A program made the translations under genes and the position numbers. From Candidatus Latescibacterota bacterium (lineage in GTDB: Bacteria; Latescibacterota; UBA2968; GCA-2709665): a stretch of 64,000 nucleotides of DNA. The DNA is taken from the NCBI GenBank assembly GCA_965248435.1, contig OZ252100.1, positions 2,528,001-2,592,000 on the forward strand. Reading direction: 5' to 3'. The notes beneath the pieces were generated by a model. That model was given only the letters and a program-made list of their open reading frames with translations, searched no databases and was not told the origin of the DNA. Shown piece by piece: positions 20,406-32,003 of this stretch. The stretch's first letter is position 1; every line of letters starts with the position of its first letter.

Positions 20406-20464
20406 TTCCCCACTTCAGAACAGCTTTGTAATCCCCCACCTTGATGATCCTATCCGGAGGCCGA

Positions 20465-21583
20465 GTGTCAAAACTCGAACGGCGTGACTTTCTGAAAAAA
20501 GCATCCGCGGCCACGCTGGCCGGCGGTGTGTCGGTTGTTGCCGGCTGCGCCGCTCCGGGAGAAGAGCAGGCACCCACAATCAGGTCTGACAAGAAGTTCG
20601 AGTGGAAGATGGTCACGACCTGGCCCCCTCACTTTCCAATTCTGGGCGAGAGCGCCGACTTGATCGCGAAGTGGGTGGAGGAAATGTCGGATGGTCGGCT
20701 CAAGATCCACGTCTACGGCGGAGGAGAACTGATCCCCCCGTTCGAAGGATTCGACGCCGTCAGCCAGGGCGTTGTGGAAATGTGCCACGGCGCATCTTAC
20801 TACTGGGCCGGGAAGGCACCCGCCGCGCAGTTCTTTTCCGCTGTGCCGTTTGGGATGAATGCCCAACAGATGAACGCCTGGCTCTACAGTGGTGGAGGTT
20901 TGCAGCTTTGGGAAGAGCTATACGAGCCATTCGACCTCGTGCCCATGCCGGTCGGGAACACCGGGTTTCAGATGGGAGGATGGTTCAACCTGGAAATTCG
21001 CTCCGTAGCCGATCTGAAAGGCCTGAAGATGAGAATCCCTGGCCTTGGTGGCAAAGTAATCGCAAAGGCCGGAGGCTCGGCGGTGCTTTCCGCGGGCGGA
21101 GAGGTCTACACCAACCTGGAGCGAGGGGTAATCGACGCGACCGAATGGATCGGTCCCTACCACGACTACCTGATGGGCTTCTACAAGGCCGCAAAATACT
21201 ACTATTACCCGGGCTGGCACGAACCCGGGACGGCCATCGAACTCGTAGTCAATAAGACCGCCTTTGACCAACTGCCCAAGGATCTCCAGTCCATCGTGAG
21301 ATCGGCTGCAGCGCGCTCGAACCTCTGGTCCCTTTCCGAGTTTGAATCAAAAAACAACACCTACATGCGGACCTTGATCGACAAACACGATGTCCAGCTC
21401 AGGAAGTTTCCGGATGAAGTGCTCCGTGCCTTTCGGGCCTTCTCGGAGGAGGTCGTCGATGAACTCGTGTCCACCGATCCGATGAGCAGAAAGGTCTTCG
21501 AGTCGTTCGATACGTTCCGACGCGACGTCTCGGGATGGGCAGAGGTCTCTGAGAAAGTGTATTACTCTAGCATCGGCGGTTAG
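20465..21583 (+). CDS. dctP: TRAP transporter substrate-binding protein (DctP/TakP-like), Tat lipoprotein
   Basis: Tat motif ERRDFLK, lipobox VAGC, WKMVTTWP, GNTGFQMGGWF, KMRIPGLGG, YYPGWHEP. Confidence 0.9.
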   Translation: MSKLERRDFLKKASAATLAGGVSVVAGCAAPGEEQAPTIRSDKKFEWKMVTTWPPHFPILGESADLIAKWVEEMSDGRLKIHVYGGGELIPPFEGFDAVSQGVVEMCHGASYYWAGKAPAAQFFSAVPFGMNAQQMNAWLYSGGGLQLWEELYEPFDLVPMPVGNTGFQMGGWFNLEIRSVADLKGLKMRIPGLGGKVIAKAGGSAVLSAGGEVYTNLERGVIDATEWIGPYHDYLMGFYKAAKYYYYPGWHEPGTAIELVVNKTAFDQLPKDLQSIVRSAAARSNLWSLSEFESKNNTYMRTLIDKHDVQLRKFPDEVLRAFRAFSEEVVDELVSTDPMSRKVFESFDTFRRDVSGWAEVSEKVYYSSIGG

Positions 21584-21606
21584 CTGGCAGCACGCAATCT
21601 ACAAGT

Positions 21607-21642
21607 AAAAGAAAACCCGGAATTCGTTTCCGGGCTTTTTTT
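21607..21642. terminator. bidirectional intrinsic terminator
   Basis: A-run, cccggaa-ttcgt-ttccggg stem-loop, T7 run, between convergent genes. Confidence 0.75.
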
Positions 21643-21688
21643 ATGCCGATCTTCCGATCCACGATCCACGCCACCAAGGTCCTGATCT

Positions 21689-23008
21689 CTATTTAGACAG
21701 GAACTCGGGCAGCCAGGTAGCCATCTCCGGGAAGAGCACAACCAGACCCAATCCGACAAGCTGGATCACGACAAAAGGTACGATGCCCCTGTAGATCTGC
21801 CCGGTTCGAATCTCGGGTGGGGCCACACCCTTCAGATAGAAGAGTGAAAATCCGAAAGGGGGTGTGAGGAACGACGTCTGCAGGTTCATCGCGATGAGTA
21901 CGCCGATCCAAAGCAGGTTCATGTCGAGCGCAGTGAAGATAGGGGCGACAACCGGGACAATGATAAACGTGATCTCGATGAAATCGATGAAAAACCCTGC
22001 AACGAAGATCATCACCATCACTAGCGCCAGGAACGTGTGAGGACCCATCTCCGCATCCAGAATGAGGCGCGTCAAATAAGCATCTCCGCGCATTCCCCTG
22101 AACACGAGTCCGAACGCCGTCGCGCCGACGAGGATGATGAATACCATGCAGGTAAGATGGGTCGTGGATGCCATAACCGATCTCAGCGTCTCATACGTGA
22201 GCTTCCTTTGCGCCACCGTCAGTAGCGTCGCGCCCAGGGCGCCGACCGCAGCCGCCTCAGTCGGGGAGGCCACGCCGGCGAAAATCGATCCAAGAACCGC
22301 CGTAATGAGGAGGAAGGGGAGAAAAAAGGCCCGCATCACCCGAACGACCATCGCCCGCCCTTTAAACTGATCAAGCACCTCTTTCGGCATCGCGGGCGCA
22401 GACTTCGGGCGGAAGATGCTCACGCAAACGATCCAGAGCAGATAGAGAGAGACCAGCGAAAAGCCAGGCACGACGGCACCTAGAAACATGTCGCCGACCG
22501 AGACGTTCAGGACGCTGCCAAGCAGGACGAGCACGATGCTGGGCGGAATGATCTGGCCGAGCGTTCCCGACGCCGAGATGGTCCCTGTCGCCAGGCGAGG
22601 ATCGTAGCCCCGCTTCAACATCGTGGGCAGACTCAAAAGGCCCATCGTAACCACTGTCGCTCCCACGATCCCCGTCGATGCCCCCAGAAGCGCACCCACC
22701 GCCACGACGGAAATGGCGAGCCCACCCCGAAGGCGGCCGAACAGCAACGCCATCGTCTCCAGGAGATCCTCGGCCAGCCCTGACTTTTCCAACATGACCC
22801 CCATGTAGACGAACAACGGAACCGCGATCAGAACGTAATTCGTCATCACGCCCCAGATCCTGAGTGGGAGCAGGTTGAAGAAGTGCATCCCGAATGTCAA
22901 GTAACCGAGGATAAAAGAGACCCCCCCCAGCGTGAACGCCACAGGGTACCCAAACAACAGCGCGACGAAAAGCACCAGGAAGAGGATCAGGGGCATGCTC
23001 TCCATCAT
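21689..23008 (-). CDS. dctM: TRAP transporter large permease
   Basis: [44 protein letters not shown]. Confidence 0.93.
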   Translation of the reverse strand: MMESMPLILFLVLFVALLFGYPVAFTLGGVSFILGYLTFGMHFFNLLPLRIWGVMTNYVLIAVPLFVYMGVMLEKSGLAEDLLETMALLFGRLRGGLAISVVAVGALLGASTGIVGATVVTMGLLSLPTMLKRGYDPRLATGTISASGTLGQIIPPSIVLVLLGSVLNVSVGDMFLGAVVPGFSLVSLYLLWIVCVSIFRPKSAPAMPKEVLDQFKGRAMVVRVMRAFFLPFLLITAVLGSIFAGVASPTEAAAVGALGATLLTVAQRKLTYETLRSVMASTTHLTCMVFIILVGATAFGLVFRGMRGDAYLTRLILDAEMGPHTFLALVMVMIFVAGFFIDFIEITFIIVPVVAPIFTALDMNLLWIGVLIAMNLQTSFLTPPFGFSLFYLKGVAPPEIRTGQIYRGIVPFVVIQLVGLGLVVLFPEMATWLPEFLSK

Positions 23009-23541
23009 AGCACCGGCCGCCTTTCATCACCTCCGCCTTCCACAATCTTCAGCAAAGATTTCAGTGCCAGGGAGATGCCCTGCAGGGCCAGCAAAAGGAA
23101 TCCCGTGGGGATCGCAGCCTTCAGGACGAACCTCGCCGGAAGCCCGCCAGGATCGGGCGACGTCTCTCCGATGATGAACGCACTCGTGACAAACGTCTTC
23201 GAACTCCATATCGCGACGAGGCAGAACGGGATCAGGAAGAGCACGCTCCCGAAAAAGTCGACCCAGGCCTTCGACTTTTTTGAAAGTCTCCCGTAAACCA
23301 CATCCACGCGGACGTGACCGTCGTGCTTCAGGGTGTAGGCCGCACCGAACAGAAAAATCACGGCGAACAGGTGCCATTCCAACTCCTGCACGGCAACGAT
23401 ACTGCTCTTCAGCAGGTAGCGCGTGAACACGTCATAGCAGACCACGAGCACCAGCAGCGTGGTCAGCCACGACACCCCGGAACCGACCTTTTCGTTCAGA
23501 CCATCTATGAACCGAACATACGCACGTGCAAATCTCACCAT
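23005..23541 (-). CDS. dctQ: TRAP transporter small permease
   Basis: [26 protein letters not shown]; four hydrophobic segments; overlaps dctM start. Confidence 0.92.
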   Translation of the reverse strand: MVRFARAYVRFIDGLNEKVGSGVSWLTTLLVLVVCYDVFTRYLLKSSIVAVQELEWHLFAVIFLFGAAYTLKHDGHVRVDVVYGRLSKKSKAWVDFFGSVLFLIPFCLVAIWSSKTFVTSAFIIGETSPDPGGLPARFVLKAAIPTGFLLLALQGISLALKSLLKIVEGGGDERRPVL

Positions 23542-23555
23542 GACCTCACTCGTCC

Positions 23556-24929
23556 TCAGTAAGCCCGTCGGATGCCTTCCAGCTTCTGGTTTTCCTTCGC
23601 GCTCGCATCCACCGCTTCTGGATCAACAATGCTGCAAAGTGCCTCGTGCAGCTCGGACTGAACGTGTCGAAACACCGGATCCTGAGAGAGGTCCCTGAAT
23701 TCACCCGGGTCCTCCTTCACGTTGAACAGCTGGGGACCGTGCCCGACATAATAGTTGTACTTGAAGTCACCTGTCTTGATCATAAAACCTGCGTTCAACA
23801 TGCCCTGGGCGTGGTACTCGCTCAAAACGATCTGGTCCGAATTGTCCATGCCGTCCAGATATCCCGTCAGGCCCTTCCCTGGAAGACCCCCGGGGACTTC
23901 GAGCCCCGCCAGTTCCAGGATTGTCGGCACGCAGTCCACGAGACTCACATTTTTGTCGACCCGTCTCCCCCCGGGGAGGTCGGGCGTTCTAACGAGCATC
24001 GGGACCCGGACAGATGGCTCGTAAAAGCACTGTTTCTGCCAGATTCCGTGCTGCCCTCCCATCTCTCCGTGGTCGCTCACGTAAATGACCACCGTGTTCT
24101 CCCTCAGACGGGAGCTGTCGATCGCCTCCAGCATTCTACCGATGTTATGATCGGTCATTGTAATCAGGGCATAATAGCTCGCTAGGGCCCGGCGGGTCAG
24201 TTCCTCGGGAAGTTCATCCTCGTGGTGATGGTAGCGCCTGAGGTGTCGGATGACCGGATGCTGGCTTTCCAGCGTTTCCTCGTTCAAATCCGGCAAATCG
24301 ATCCGATCCGGGTCGTAAATCTCGAAATAGGCTTCGGGGGCGATCAGCGGAAAGTGCGGGCACATAAGCCCGCTCACCAGCAGCCACGGGTCATCGTCCG
24401 GAGCTTCAGCCCGGCTTTTGAGAAACCTCACGGTGAGATCGGTCACCGTATCATCGTAGGTCTGGTAAACGCTTCCTCCCGGCCCGCATTCCGCCACGTG
24501 CGAGTTGCTGCCGCGCCTGGCCCCCTTTGTTCGTTTCGGTGTCTGGCTGTAGGACTGCCACCTCGTGATGTCATCGTAGAGTCGCCTTCCAAATCCGTGA
24601 AGACGGTCTTCTCCGATCATATGCATCCGGCCACAAAGCACCGTACCGTATCCTGCCGCTTCAGAATAGTGGGCGAAGGTCGGAATTTCGGACTTCAGCG
24701 GCGAGCCGTTGTCCCAGACGCCGATCTGATGGCAGTATCTGCCGGTCAGAAAAGACATCCGCGAAGGGACGCATAACGGTGAATTGCAGTAGGCATGGTC
24801 AAAAACGACACCCTCGCGCGCCATCCTATCGAGATGAGGGGTTTGCACGACCGGGTGACCGTAGCAGCCGGTCACGGAAGGATCGTGCTCGTCCGACAAG
24901 ATCAAAAGAATGTTGGGTCGTTCGATCAC
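23556..24929 (-). CDS. sulfatase (choline-sulfatase-like)
   Basis: [34 protein letters not shown]. Confidence 0.92.
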   Translation of the reverse strand: MIERPNILLILSDEHDPSVTGCYGHPVVQTPHLDRMAREGVVFDHAYCNSPLCVPSRMSFLTGRYCHQIGVWDNGSPLKSEIPTFAHYSEAAGYGTVLCGRMHMIGEDRLHGFGRRLYDDITRWQSYSQTPKRTKGARRGSNSHVAECGPGGSVYQTYDDTVTDLTVRFLKSRAEAPDDDPWLLVSGLMCPHFPLIAPEAYFEIYDPDRIDLPDLNEETLESQHPVIRHLRRYHHHEDELPEELTRRALASYYALITMTDHNIGRMLEAIDSSRLRENTVVIYVSDHGEMGGQHGIWQKQCFYEPSVRVPMLVRTPDLPGGRRVDKNVSLVDCVPTILELAGLEVPGGLPGKGLTGYLDGMDNSDQIVLSEYHAQGMLNAGFMIKTGDFKYNYYVGHGPQLFNVKEDPGEFRDLSQDPVFRHVQSELHEALCSIVDPEAVDASAKENQKLEGIRRAY

Positions 24930-25077
24930 AATCCGTGCCTGTAAGTCGTGTCGACGCGTTGAACGGTTCGGGTGGCGATTCAGTGAACCAATGATATGTC
25001 CTGATCCTGCTTTGTAAAAGCGAGTTTTTTCTGTTTATTCCGTTTCAGAGACACCTGTCCCAAGAACCCCCTACGGA

Positions 25078-25686
25078 TTGATCAATACGATGCCCAGAGG
25101 AAAGCCGTTCCAAATCGTCGGTGTAGACCTGGCGGGTTCTCCAAACCGCCCGACGGGTCTGTGCATCCTGTCTGGCAGGACGGCGCGCACACAGGTGTTA
25201 TTCGAGGATGCGGAAATACTCGAGGCCGTTTTTCGGACCAGGCCGAATGTCGTCCCAATCGATGCGCCGCTGAGTCTTCCGGAGGGAAGAAAATCGATTC
25301 ACGACCGCAACGGCACCCATCTCAGAAAATGTGACCGTGAGCTGCAGCGCCTGGGCATCAGGTTCTTTCCGATTACCCTCGGTCCGATGCGCATGTTGAC
25401 GGAGCGCGGACTTGAAATCAAGAAAAAAATAGAAGCCATGGGATACCGTGCTGTAGAGTGTTACCCCGGCGGGGCTCAGGATGTGTGGAATATCCCCCGC
25501 AAGCAGCACGATATGGCCGGGCTCCGTTCCGGGCTTACCAGATTAGGAGTAAAGGGGATTACAGCGGAGATGGACGACCACGAACTCGATGCCGTAACGG
25601 CCGCACTCGTCGGCCGTTACGAGGTAATGGGAAAAGCGGAAATGTTGGGAGGAAGCAACGGCATCCTGATGCCGAGGTCAAGTTGA
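25078..25686 (+). CDS. DUF429 family predicted nuclease (RNase H fold)
   Basis: GVDLAG, IDAPLSLP, RKCDREL, ECYP, HELDAVTAA. Confidence 0.8.
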   Translation: MINTMPRGKPFQIVGVDLAGSPNRPTGLCILSGRTARTQVLFEDAEILEAVFRTRPNVVPIDAPLSLPEGRKSIHDRNGTHLRKCDRELQRLGIRFFPITLGPMRMLTERGLEIKKKIEAMGYRAVECYPGGAQDVWNIPRKQHDMAGLRSGLTRLGVKGITAEMDDHELDAVTAALVGRYEVMGKAEMLGGSNGILMPRSS

Positions 25687-25712
25687 GCATCGGAGCACCC
25701 GGCAAGTTGTGT

Positions 25713-25741
25713 TTGACAATGATGCCCCGTATGACCATAAT
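25713..25741 (+). promoter_or_regulatory. putative sigma70 promoter
   Basis: TTGACA-N17-CATAAT upstream of the receiver and cNMP-binding gene pair. Confidence 0.55.
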
Positions 25742-25792
25742 TCTGGAGTAGGGGTGACAGAACCGGATGAATCGGAATCACGGAGGCACAGA

Positions 25793-26158
25793 ATGGCCCG
25801 AATCTTGATCATTGAAGACGACGAGATGATGTCTAAAATGGTCGCCCAGGCGATTCAAAATCAAGGCCACGAGACCATTCAGGCCGCCGACGGTGATGAA
25901 GGCCTGCGACTCTTTCGCGAAAACCCGACCGATGTCGTCATCACGGACATCCTCATGCCGGAAAAGGAAGGCATCGCCACGATCCACGAACTGAAGCGTG
26001 AGTTTCCCGATGCAAAAATTATCGCGGTCTCGGGCGGAGGATTCACGGGCAAAGATTACCTTCCCATGGCCAAGGACCTGGGCGCCGACTATACCTTCCC
26101 GAAGCCCTTCCGGATCGAAGAGCTCATTCAGGCCTTGAATGAACTGCTTGCGAAATGA
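25793..26158 (+). CDS. single-domain response regulator
   Basis: ILIIEDD, VITDILMPEKEG, AVSGGG, PKPF; RBS ggagg. Confidence 0.92.
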   Translation: MARILIIEDDEMMSKMVAQAIQNQGHETIQAADGDEGLRLFRENPTDVVITDILMPEKEGIATIHELKREFPDAKIIAVSGGGFTGKDYLPMAKDLGADYTFPKPFRIEELIQALNELLAK

Positions 26159-26174
26159 TCCGGAGAGATGAGGA

Positions 26175-26699
26175 GTGCCGAAAATGAATGATGGACAAAA
26201 ACTTACTGAGGACACACTCCAAAGTGTTGAGGTCTTCAATGGCCTCAACCCGGACGAAATTCAACGTCTTCTCTCGATCTGTATCTTTCAGTCATTCGAA
26301 GAGAGTCATACGATCTACAGTGTGGATGCCCCGAGTGATGACATGTTTATCCTGCTTACGGGACGTCTCCTTGTCAGGAGTAAGACTAGAGAAATCCTCG
26401 GAATGGTCCTTCCTGGAATGCCTACCGGCGAGATGGGGCTCTTCACCGGAAGGCCGAGGTCTGCAGATGTGATCACCGACGAAGCGTCGACAGGTCTGTT
26501 GATTCGCAAGTCGGATCTGATCCCCATCCTTCAAAGAGATCTCCAACTGCACAACAGGCTGTTGCAGAACATCGTCGAGCTTCTGTGCAAGCGAATCATG
26601 GACGCGAACTGGTACATCGACACCTACGCCCTGGTCGTACACGAAATCCAGGATGAGATAGAAACGACGCTGGGCAGAAAGAAGAAGGACGCTGAATAA
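26175..26699 (+). CDS. stand-alone cyclic nucleotide-binding domain protein (paralog of 17220-17684)
   Basis: DDMFILLTG, GEMGLFTGRPRSADVI, shared C-helix NIVELLCKRIMDAN. Confidence 0.85.
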   Translation: MPKMNDGQKLTEDTLQSVEVFNGLNPDEIQRLLSICIFQSFEESHTIYSVDAPSDDMFILLTGRLLVRSKTREILGMVLPGMPTGEMGLFTGRPRSADVITDEASTGLLIRKSDLIPILQRDLQLHNRLLQNIVELLCKRIMDANWYIDTYALVVHEIQDEIETTLGRKKKDAE

Positions 26700-26877
26700 G
26701 GGTCTGCAGCGGCTCCCGCTCCACCTACAAGATTTCAGCAAAGAACTCTCCCTGGATTCAATCTTTTTTACCTCATGGAAAGCCTGATTGGCTTTCCATT
26801 TTTGTTTCTCTATATTGGGGCCTGCGTTTAGGAGGGCCCGGCGCGATTGGTTCACGCCGACAAGAAGACGAAAGCGC

Positions 26878-28206
26878 ATGGCAAAGATCGTATTCATTGG
26901 AGCGGGAAGTCACGTATTCACGCGCAATCTGGTCAGGGACATCCTCACCTTCCCCCTGCTGGAAAATGCGGAAATCGCCCTCGTCGACACCAGCAAAGAG
27001 CGCCTCGATTTTTCCCGCAGGGTCTGTGAGAAGATTCTACGGATGGGCGGATACCCGGCCACCGTCACCGCCACGACGGAGCGCCGGGAGGTCCTGGAGG
27101 GGGCCGATGCCGTAGTCGTAACCATCCTTTGCGGCTCTTCGAGGGTGTGGCAGCACGACATCTTGATTCCTGAGAAATACGGAATCGACATCAACGTAGG
27201 TGACACGAGGAGCCCCAGCGGCGTCTTCAGGGCATTGCGCACCATCCCGACGATGCTGGAGATCTGCCGGGACATGGAGCGGCTTTGTCCCGACGCCCTC
27301 ATGCTCAACTACACCAACCCGATGGCGATGCTGTGCCACGCGATGCACCTCCAGAGTTCGATCAGAGTGACGGGGCTGTGTCACAGCGTGCAGGGAACAG
27401 CCAGAATGCTCGCGGGGTGGCTCGGTGTGCCGAACGACGAGCTCGATTACGTCTGCGCCGGCATCAATCATATGGCGTGGTACTTGAAGCTGGAACACAA
27501 AGGACGTGACCTGTATCCCGGGCTGCATCGCATCGTCTCCAGGAACAAGAAGGTCTACAACGAAGAACAGGTGCGAAACGAGATGTTCCTGGCCCTGGGA
27601 TTCTACGTCACCGAATCCTCGGGACACAATTCGGAATACAACTGGTGGTTTCGAAAACGTCCGGACCTCATCCAGAAGTACTGCACTAACGGGACGAACT
27701 GGAACCCCGGCCATCACGCTTACATCCTGAATAGGTATCGAACACGTGAGAAATCGTGGAAGAATGAAATTCGTGAATGGCTTGGGAGCGACGAGCCGAT
27801 TCCCCTTGAACGGGGTGATGAATACGCAGCATCGATCATCAACGCCTTCGCAGGGGGTGAGCCCTTCGAATTCAACGGCAACGTGTCGAATGATGGGGTC
27901 GTTTCGAATCTCCCGGAAGGCGCTTGTGTCGAAGTGCCTGTTTTGGCGTCCAGGAAGGGCCTTTCTCAGATCCACGTGGGACGCCTTCCCGACGCCTGCG
28001 CGCCGCTCACGAGTCTGAGCGCCCAAGTCGAGATGATGGCCGTCCAGGGCTGCCTCGCAGGGGATGCCCGGCTCGTCTATCAGGCCGTCGCACACGATCC
28101 GCTGACCGCGACGAAGCTTTCCCTCGCCGAGATCAAGAAGATGGTCAAAGAAATGTTTCGGAAGAACATGCGGTATCTTCCTCACTTCAAGCTGATCGAT
28201 CTTTGA
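26878..28206 (+). CDS. melA: NAD-dependent alpha-galactosidase/glucosidase (GH4)
   Basis: [43 protein letters not shown]. Confidence 0.88.
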   Translation: MAKIVFIGAGSHVFTRNLVRDILTFPLLENAEIALVDTSKERLDFSRRVCEKILRMGGYPATVTATTERREVLEGADAVVVTILCGSSRVWQHDILIPEKYGIDINVGDTRSPSGVFRALRTIPTMLEICRDMERLCPDALMLNYTNPMAMLCHAMHLQSSIRVTGLCHSVQGTARMLAGWLGVPNDELDYVCAGINHMAWYLKLEHKGRDLYPGLHRIVSRNKKVYNEEQVRNEMFLALGFYVTESSGHNSEYNWWFRKRPDLIQKYCTNGTNWNPGHHAYILNRYRTREKSWKNEIREWLGSDEPIPLERGDEYAASIINAFAGGEPFEFNGNVSNDGVVSNLPEGACVEVPVLASRKGLSQIHVGRLPDACAPLTSLSAQVEMMAVQGCLAGDARLVYQAVAHDPLTATKLSLAEIKKMVKEMFRKNMRYLPHFKLIDL

Positions 28207-28220
28207 GGGTGTAAAACGAT

Positions 28221-30066
28221 ATGTCGACTGACTATGACAAGATCTATACACGCTCGATGGAGGACCCTGAAGGCTTCTGGGCCGACGCCGCCGAGGATCT
28301 CCACTGGTACAAGAAATGGGACCGTGTTCTCGATGATTCACAACAGCCCTTCTACCAGTGGTACAAGGGTGGCCTGATCAACACCTGTTACAACACCCTC
28401 GATCTCCACGTAGAAAACGGCCGGGCTGAACAGCTGGCCCTCATCTACGACAGCCCCGTCACAGACACGATCAAAACGTTCACCTATCGGGAGCTGCTGG
28501 ATCAGGTCGCCCGATTCGCCGGCGTGCTGGCCTCCCAGGGCGTAGAGAAAGGTGACCGCGTCATCATCTACATGCCGATGGTCCCCGAAACCGCCATCGC
28601 GATGCTCGCCTGCGCGCGGATCGGTGCCGTCCACTCGGTGGTGTTCGGGGGTTTCGCGGCCAACGAGCTGGCCACCCGCATCGACGATGCAAGTCCGAAA
28701 CTGATCCTTTCCGCCTCCTGCGGCATCGAAGCCAACCGCGTGATCCATTACAAGCCGCTGCTCGATGAAGCGATCGAACGAGCGTCTACCAAGCCACAGC
28801 GCACCATCATCCTTCAGCGCCCACAGGCCGAGGCGTCGATGGTTCCCAGGCGGGATCTGGACTGGACTGAACAGATTTCTCAAGCCGAGCCGGTCGGCTG
28901 CGTCGCGGTCGCGGCAACAGACCCCCTCTACATCCTCTATACGTCAGGGACGACCGGTGTCCCGAAGGGTGTCGTTCGCGACAACGGGGGTCACCTCGTC
29001 GCCCTCAAATGGAGCATGAAGAATATCTACGGGGTCGATGCCGGGGAGACCTATTGGGCTGCCTCGGACATGGGATGGGCCGTAGGCCATTCCTACATCG
29101 TCTATGGTCCGCTGTCCAAGGGATGTACGACGATACTCTATGAGGGCAAACCGGTCGGCACGCCGGACGCTGGCGCGTTCTGGCGCGTCATCTCCCAGCA
29201 CGGTGCATCCGTCCTGTTCACCGCGCCTACGGTTTTCCGTGCCGTGAAGCGGGAGGATCCAAACGGCGACCACATTCGAAAATATGACCTCAGCAATCTG
29301 CGCACCCTCTTCCTGGCTGGCGAGCGATGTGATCCAGACACGTTACTATGGGCACAGGAAAAGCTCGACGTCCCGGTGATCGACCACTGGTGGCAGACGG
29401 AGACCGGCTGGCCTGTCGGTGCGAACTGCGTCGGTCTGGGGATGTTCCCGGTCAAGCCGGGCTCCTGTACAAAGAGCGTACCCGGCTACGACGTTCGCGT
29501 GTTGGACGACGCCGCCAAGGAAGTGCCGGCCGATCAGATCGGGAGCATCGTCATCAAACTGCCCATGCCTCCGGGATGCCTGCCGACACTCTGGAACAAC
29601 GACGCCGGCTACAGGGAAACCTATCTCACCGAATTTGAAGGCTACTACACGACAGCGGACGCCGGGTTCAAGGACGCGGACGACTACCTCTGGATCATGA
29701 GCCGGACGGTTGTCTGCCCACCCAGATGTGGCCGAGTGCGCGGTTCTGGGCGTCGAAGACGAAATCAAGGGCGAGGTCCCGGTTGGAACGATCGTCCTCA
29801 AGGCGGGCGTGGAACGCCCCCATACTGAAATCGTTCAGGAGGTGATTCACATGGTCCGGGAGAAGATCGGCCCCGTTGCATCGTTCAAAGTAGCGACCGT
29901 CGTCAAGCGCCTCCCGAAGACCCGGTCAGGCAAAGTACTCCGAGGGACCATGAAAAAGATCGCCGACGGCGCGGAGTATCGCGTGCCGGCCACGATCGAC
30001 GACCCTGCGATCCTGGACGAGATTACAGAGTCATTTGTCGAACTCGGGTATCCACGCAATCAGTGA
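28221..30066 (+). pseudogene. prpE: propionyl-CoA synthetase with an internal deletion and frameshift near 29709
   Basis: YTSGTTGVPKG, DHWWQTETG; the frame breaks after LWIMSRT and resumes in another frame as LSAHPDVAEC...LPKTRSGK; the conserved DDxINVAGHRLS segment is absent. Confidence 0.85.
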
Positions 30067-30211
30067 ATTCAAGACGCCCCCATATCCGGTAGGAGCCGTC
30101 CCCTCGACTCGCTGGCGCTCGCTCGGGACAGGCTCCAGACGGCGAACAATTCGATCACGATTTTGTCTCCATCAACAGAAAACCGTCTCCAGACAGCGAA
30201 CAATCACCAAG

Positions 30212-30955
30212 ATGCCCACCGTCCAGTACACCGCGCAGAACGAAATCAAGGTCATTCCTGACCTGGAATATCAGGGTGAAAAAACGGTTCAGAACCTGGA
30301 CCTCTATCTCCCGCTCGCTCCAAAACCCGAGAGAAAATTCCCTGCCGTCATCGTGATGCACGGCAGTGGCTTTACGGGCGGCCATAGGGCGGGGCCTCGG
30401 GTACAGCAGATCGCCCGGACGCTCTCTGAGTCAGGTTATGTCAGCATCAGTACCAATCGTACGGTGGCCTCGTCGGACGAGGAGGTGGAAGAAACGATCC
30501 CCACGATCATCCGCGACTGCAAGCGGGCGGTATTGTGGCTGCGCAGCGAGGGACTGAAGCACGGCGTCAATCCCGAGAAGATCGGCGCGATCGGCGCATC
30601 CGCCGGCGGGTGGCTCGCCCTCTGCCTGGGGCTGACGGCGGGTGACAGGGAGTACGACCCCGAAGGTGAAGGAAGGACCGATGTCCAGGCGGTGGTTAAC
30701 ATGTACAGTCCAACAGAGCCGTGGACCCCTCTGATTTCTCCCGACACACCACCCATCCTGACCCTTCACGGCAGCGAAGACGATATTGTTTCTCCACGGC
30801 ATGCATACGCACTCGACAAAGTTGCGACGAGCGTCGGCGCAAATCACCAGCTCATCGTGGTGGATGGAGCCGGCCATAGCCTTAGGTTGTTCTCGGAAAA
30901 GTGGGACTATCGTCCCCAGGTGATTCAGTTCTTCGACACGTACCTGAGAGCGTAA
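30212..30955 (+). CDS. alpha/beta hydrolase (esterase)
   Basis: LDLYLP, HGSGF, nucleophile GASAGG, HGSEDDIV, GAGH. Confidence 0.85.
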   Translation: MPTVQYTAQNEIKVIPDLEYQGEKTVQNLDLYLPLAPKPERKFPAVIVMHGSGFTGGHRAGPRVQQIARTLSESGYVSISTNRTVASSDEEVEETIPTIIRDCKRAVLWLRSEGLKHGVNPEKIGAIGASAGGWLALCLGLTAGDREYDPEGEGRTDVQAVVNMYSPTEPWTPLISPDTPPILTLHGSEDDIVSPRHAYALDKVATSVGANHQLIVVDGAGHSLRLFSEKWDYRPQVIQFFDTYLRA

Positions 30956-31004
30956 GTCTGATGACATTCGGGCGCAAAGGCGAACACATACAAAGGAGCG
31001 AGAC

Positions 31005-31952
31005 TTGGCTCGCACACCACAGAAACTGAAAGATGAAATCGTCGGGGTCGTCGCCGGACTCCCCACCCTGTTTAACCCGGATTATTCGATCAACCACGAA
31101 GGGATGCGGACGCACGTGGACTTCCTCGTGGAGAACGATATCGACGTACTGATGTTGAGTCGTGAGATCTCCGAGTTTCACTACCTGACTTACGAGGAGA
31201 TCAAGGCCGCCACCAAAAACGTCGCGGAGGCCGTTGGAGGCCGCGTCCCTTTTGTCGCGAGCGTCTTCGAGTGGTGGACCGGGCAGGCCGTCGAGTTTGT
31301 GAAGTATGCTCAGGACGTGGGCGCCGATGGCTGTCTCGTCATGCCGCCCTATCTCTACAGACCCTACGACCCTGCCGTACACGACGACACGTTCTACAAG
31401 CACTTTGAGACGGTCGCGGAAGCCACCGACATCGGACTGCTGATCCACGAACGGAACGTGCTGTCGCGCCTCGGTCCAGGTAAGCCCCTGTCAACCTCAC
31501 TCGTCGACCGCCTGGCGAGCATCGACAGCGTCGTAGGGATGAAGATGGAGGGCGGAGACCTGCTCTACGCGCAACAGGTCGTGAGGAAGACGAAAGACCG
31601 GCTGGCCATCATCGGCGACTGGGGGGACGAGGCCTGGTTCTTCACACACGAATACGGCGTGCCCTCCTGTATCACGGGCATCGGTCAGTTCGCGCCCAGG
31701 GCATCGGTCGAGTTCTGGAATGCCTTGAGAGATGGACGCCTGGAAGAGGCACGAAAGATGGTTAACGACGTTCTGACGCCATACTACTTACCGGTAGCCG
31801 AGATGGACTGGGTAGCCGCGATAAAGGTCTCCATGGAATTCGTCGGACTGCCGCCCAGTCCCATGCGTGCCCCCAACGCACAGCTGACGGAGGCTGAGAG
31901 GGAAAGCCTCAGACAGGCCATGCTCGAAACTGGCCTCTTGTCCAATCAGTAA
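31005..31952 (+). CDS. dihydrodipicolinate synthase family aldolase/lyase
   Basis: LPTLF, SEFHYLTYEE, GADG..VMPPY, Schiff-base Lys in VVGMKMEGG; RBS aaggag. Confidence 0.85.
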   Translation: MARTPQKLKDEIVGVVAGLPTLFNPDYSINHEGMRTHVDFLVENDIDVLMLSREISEFHYLTYEEIKAATKNVAEAVGGRVPFVASVFEWWTGQAVEFVKYAQDVGADGCLVMPPYLYRPYDPAVHDDTFYKHFETVAEATDIGLLIHERNVLSRLGPGKPLSTSLVDRLASIDSVVGMKMEGGDLLYAQQVVRKTKDRLAIIGDWGDEAWFFTHEYGVPSCITGIGQFAPRASVEFWNALRDGRLEEARKMVNDVLTPYYLPVAEMDWVAAIKVSMEFVGLPPSPMRAPNAQLTEAERESLRQAMLETGLLSNQ

Positions 31953-32003
31953 TAAGGTCTCTGTCCGTCTGAAATTGTTCAGCAGTCATTATTTGTGAGT
32001 CTT

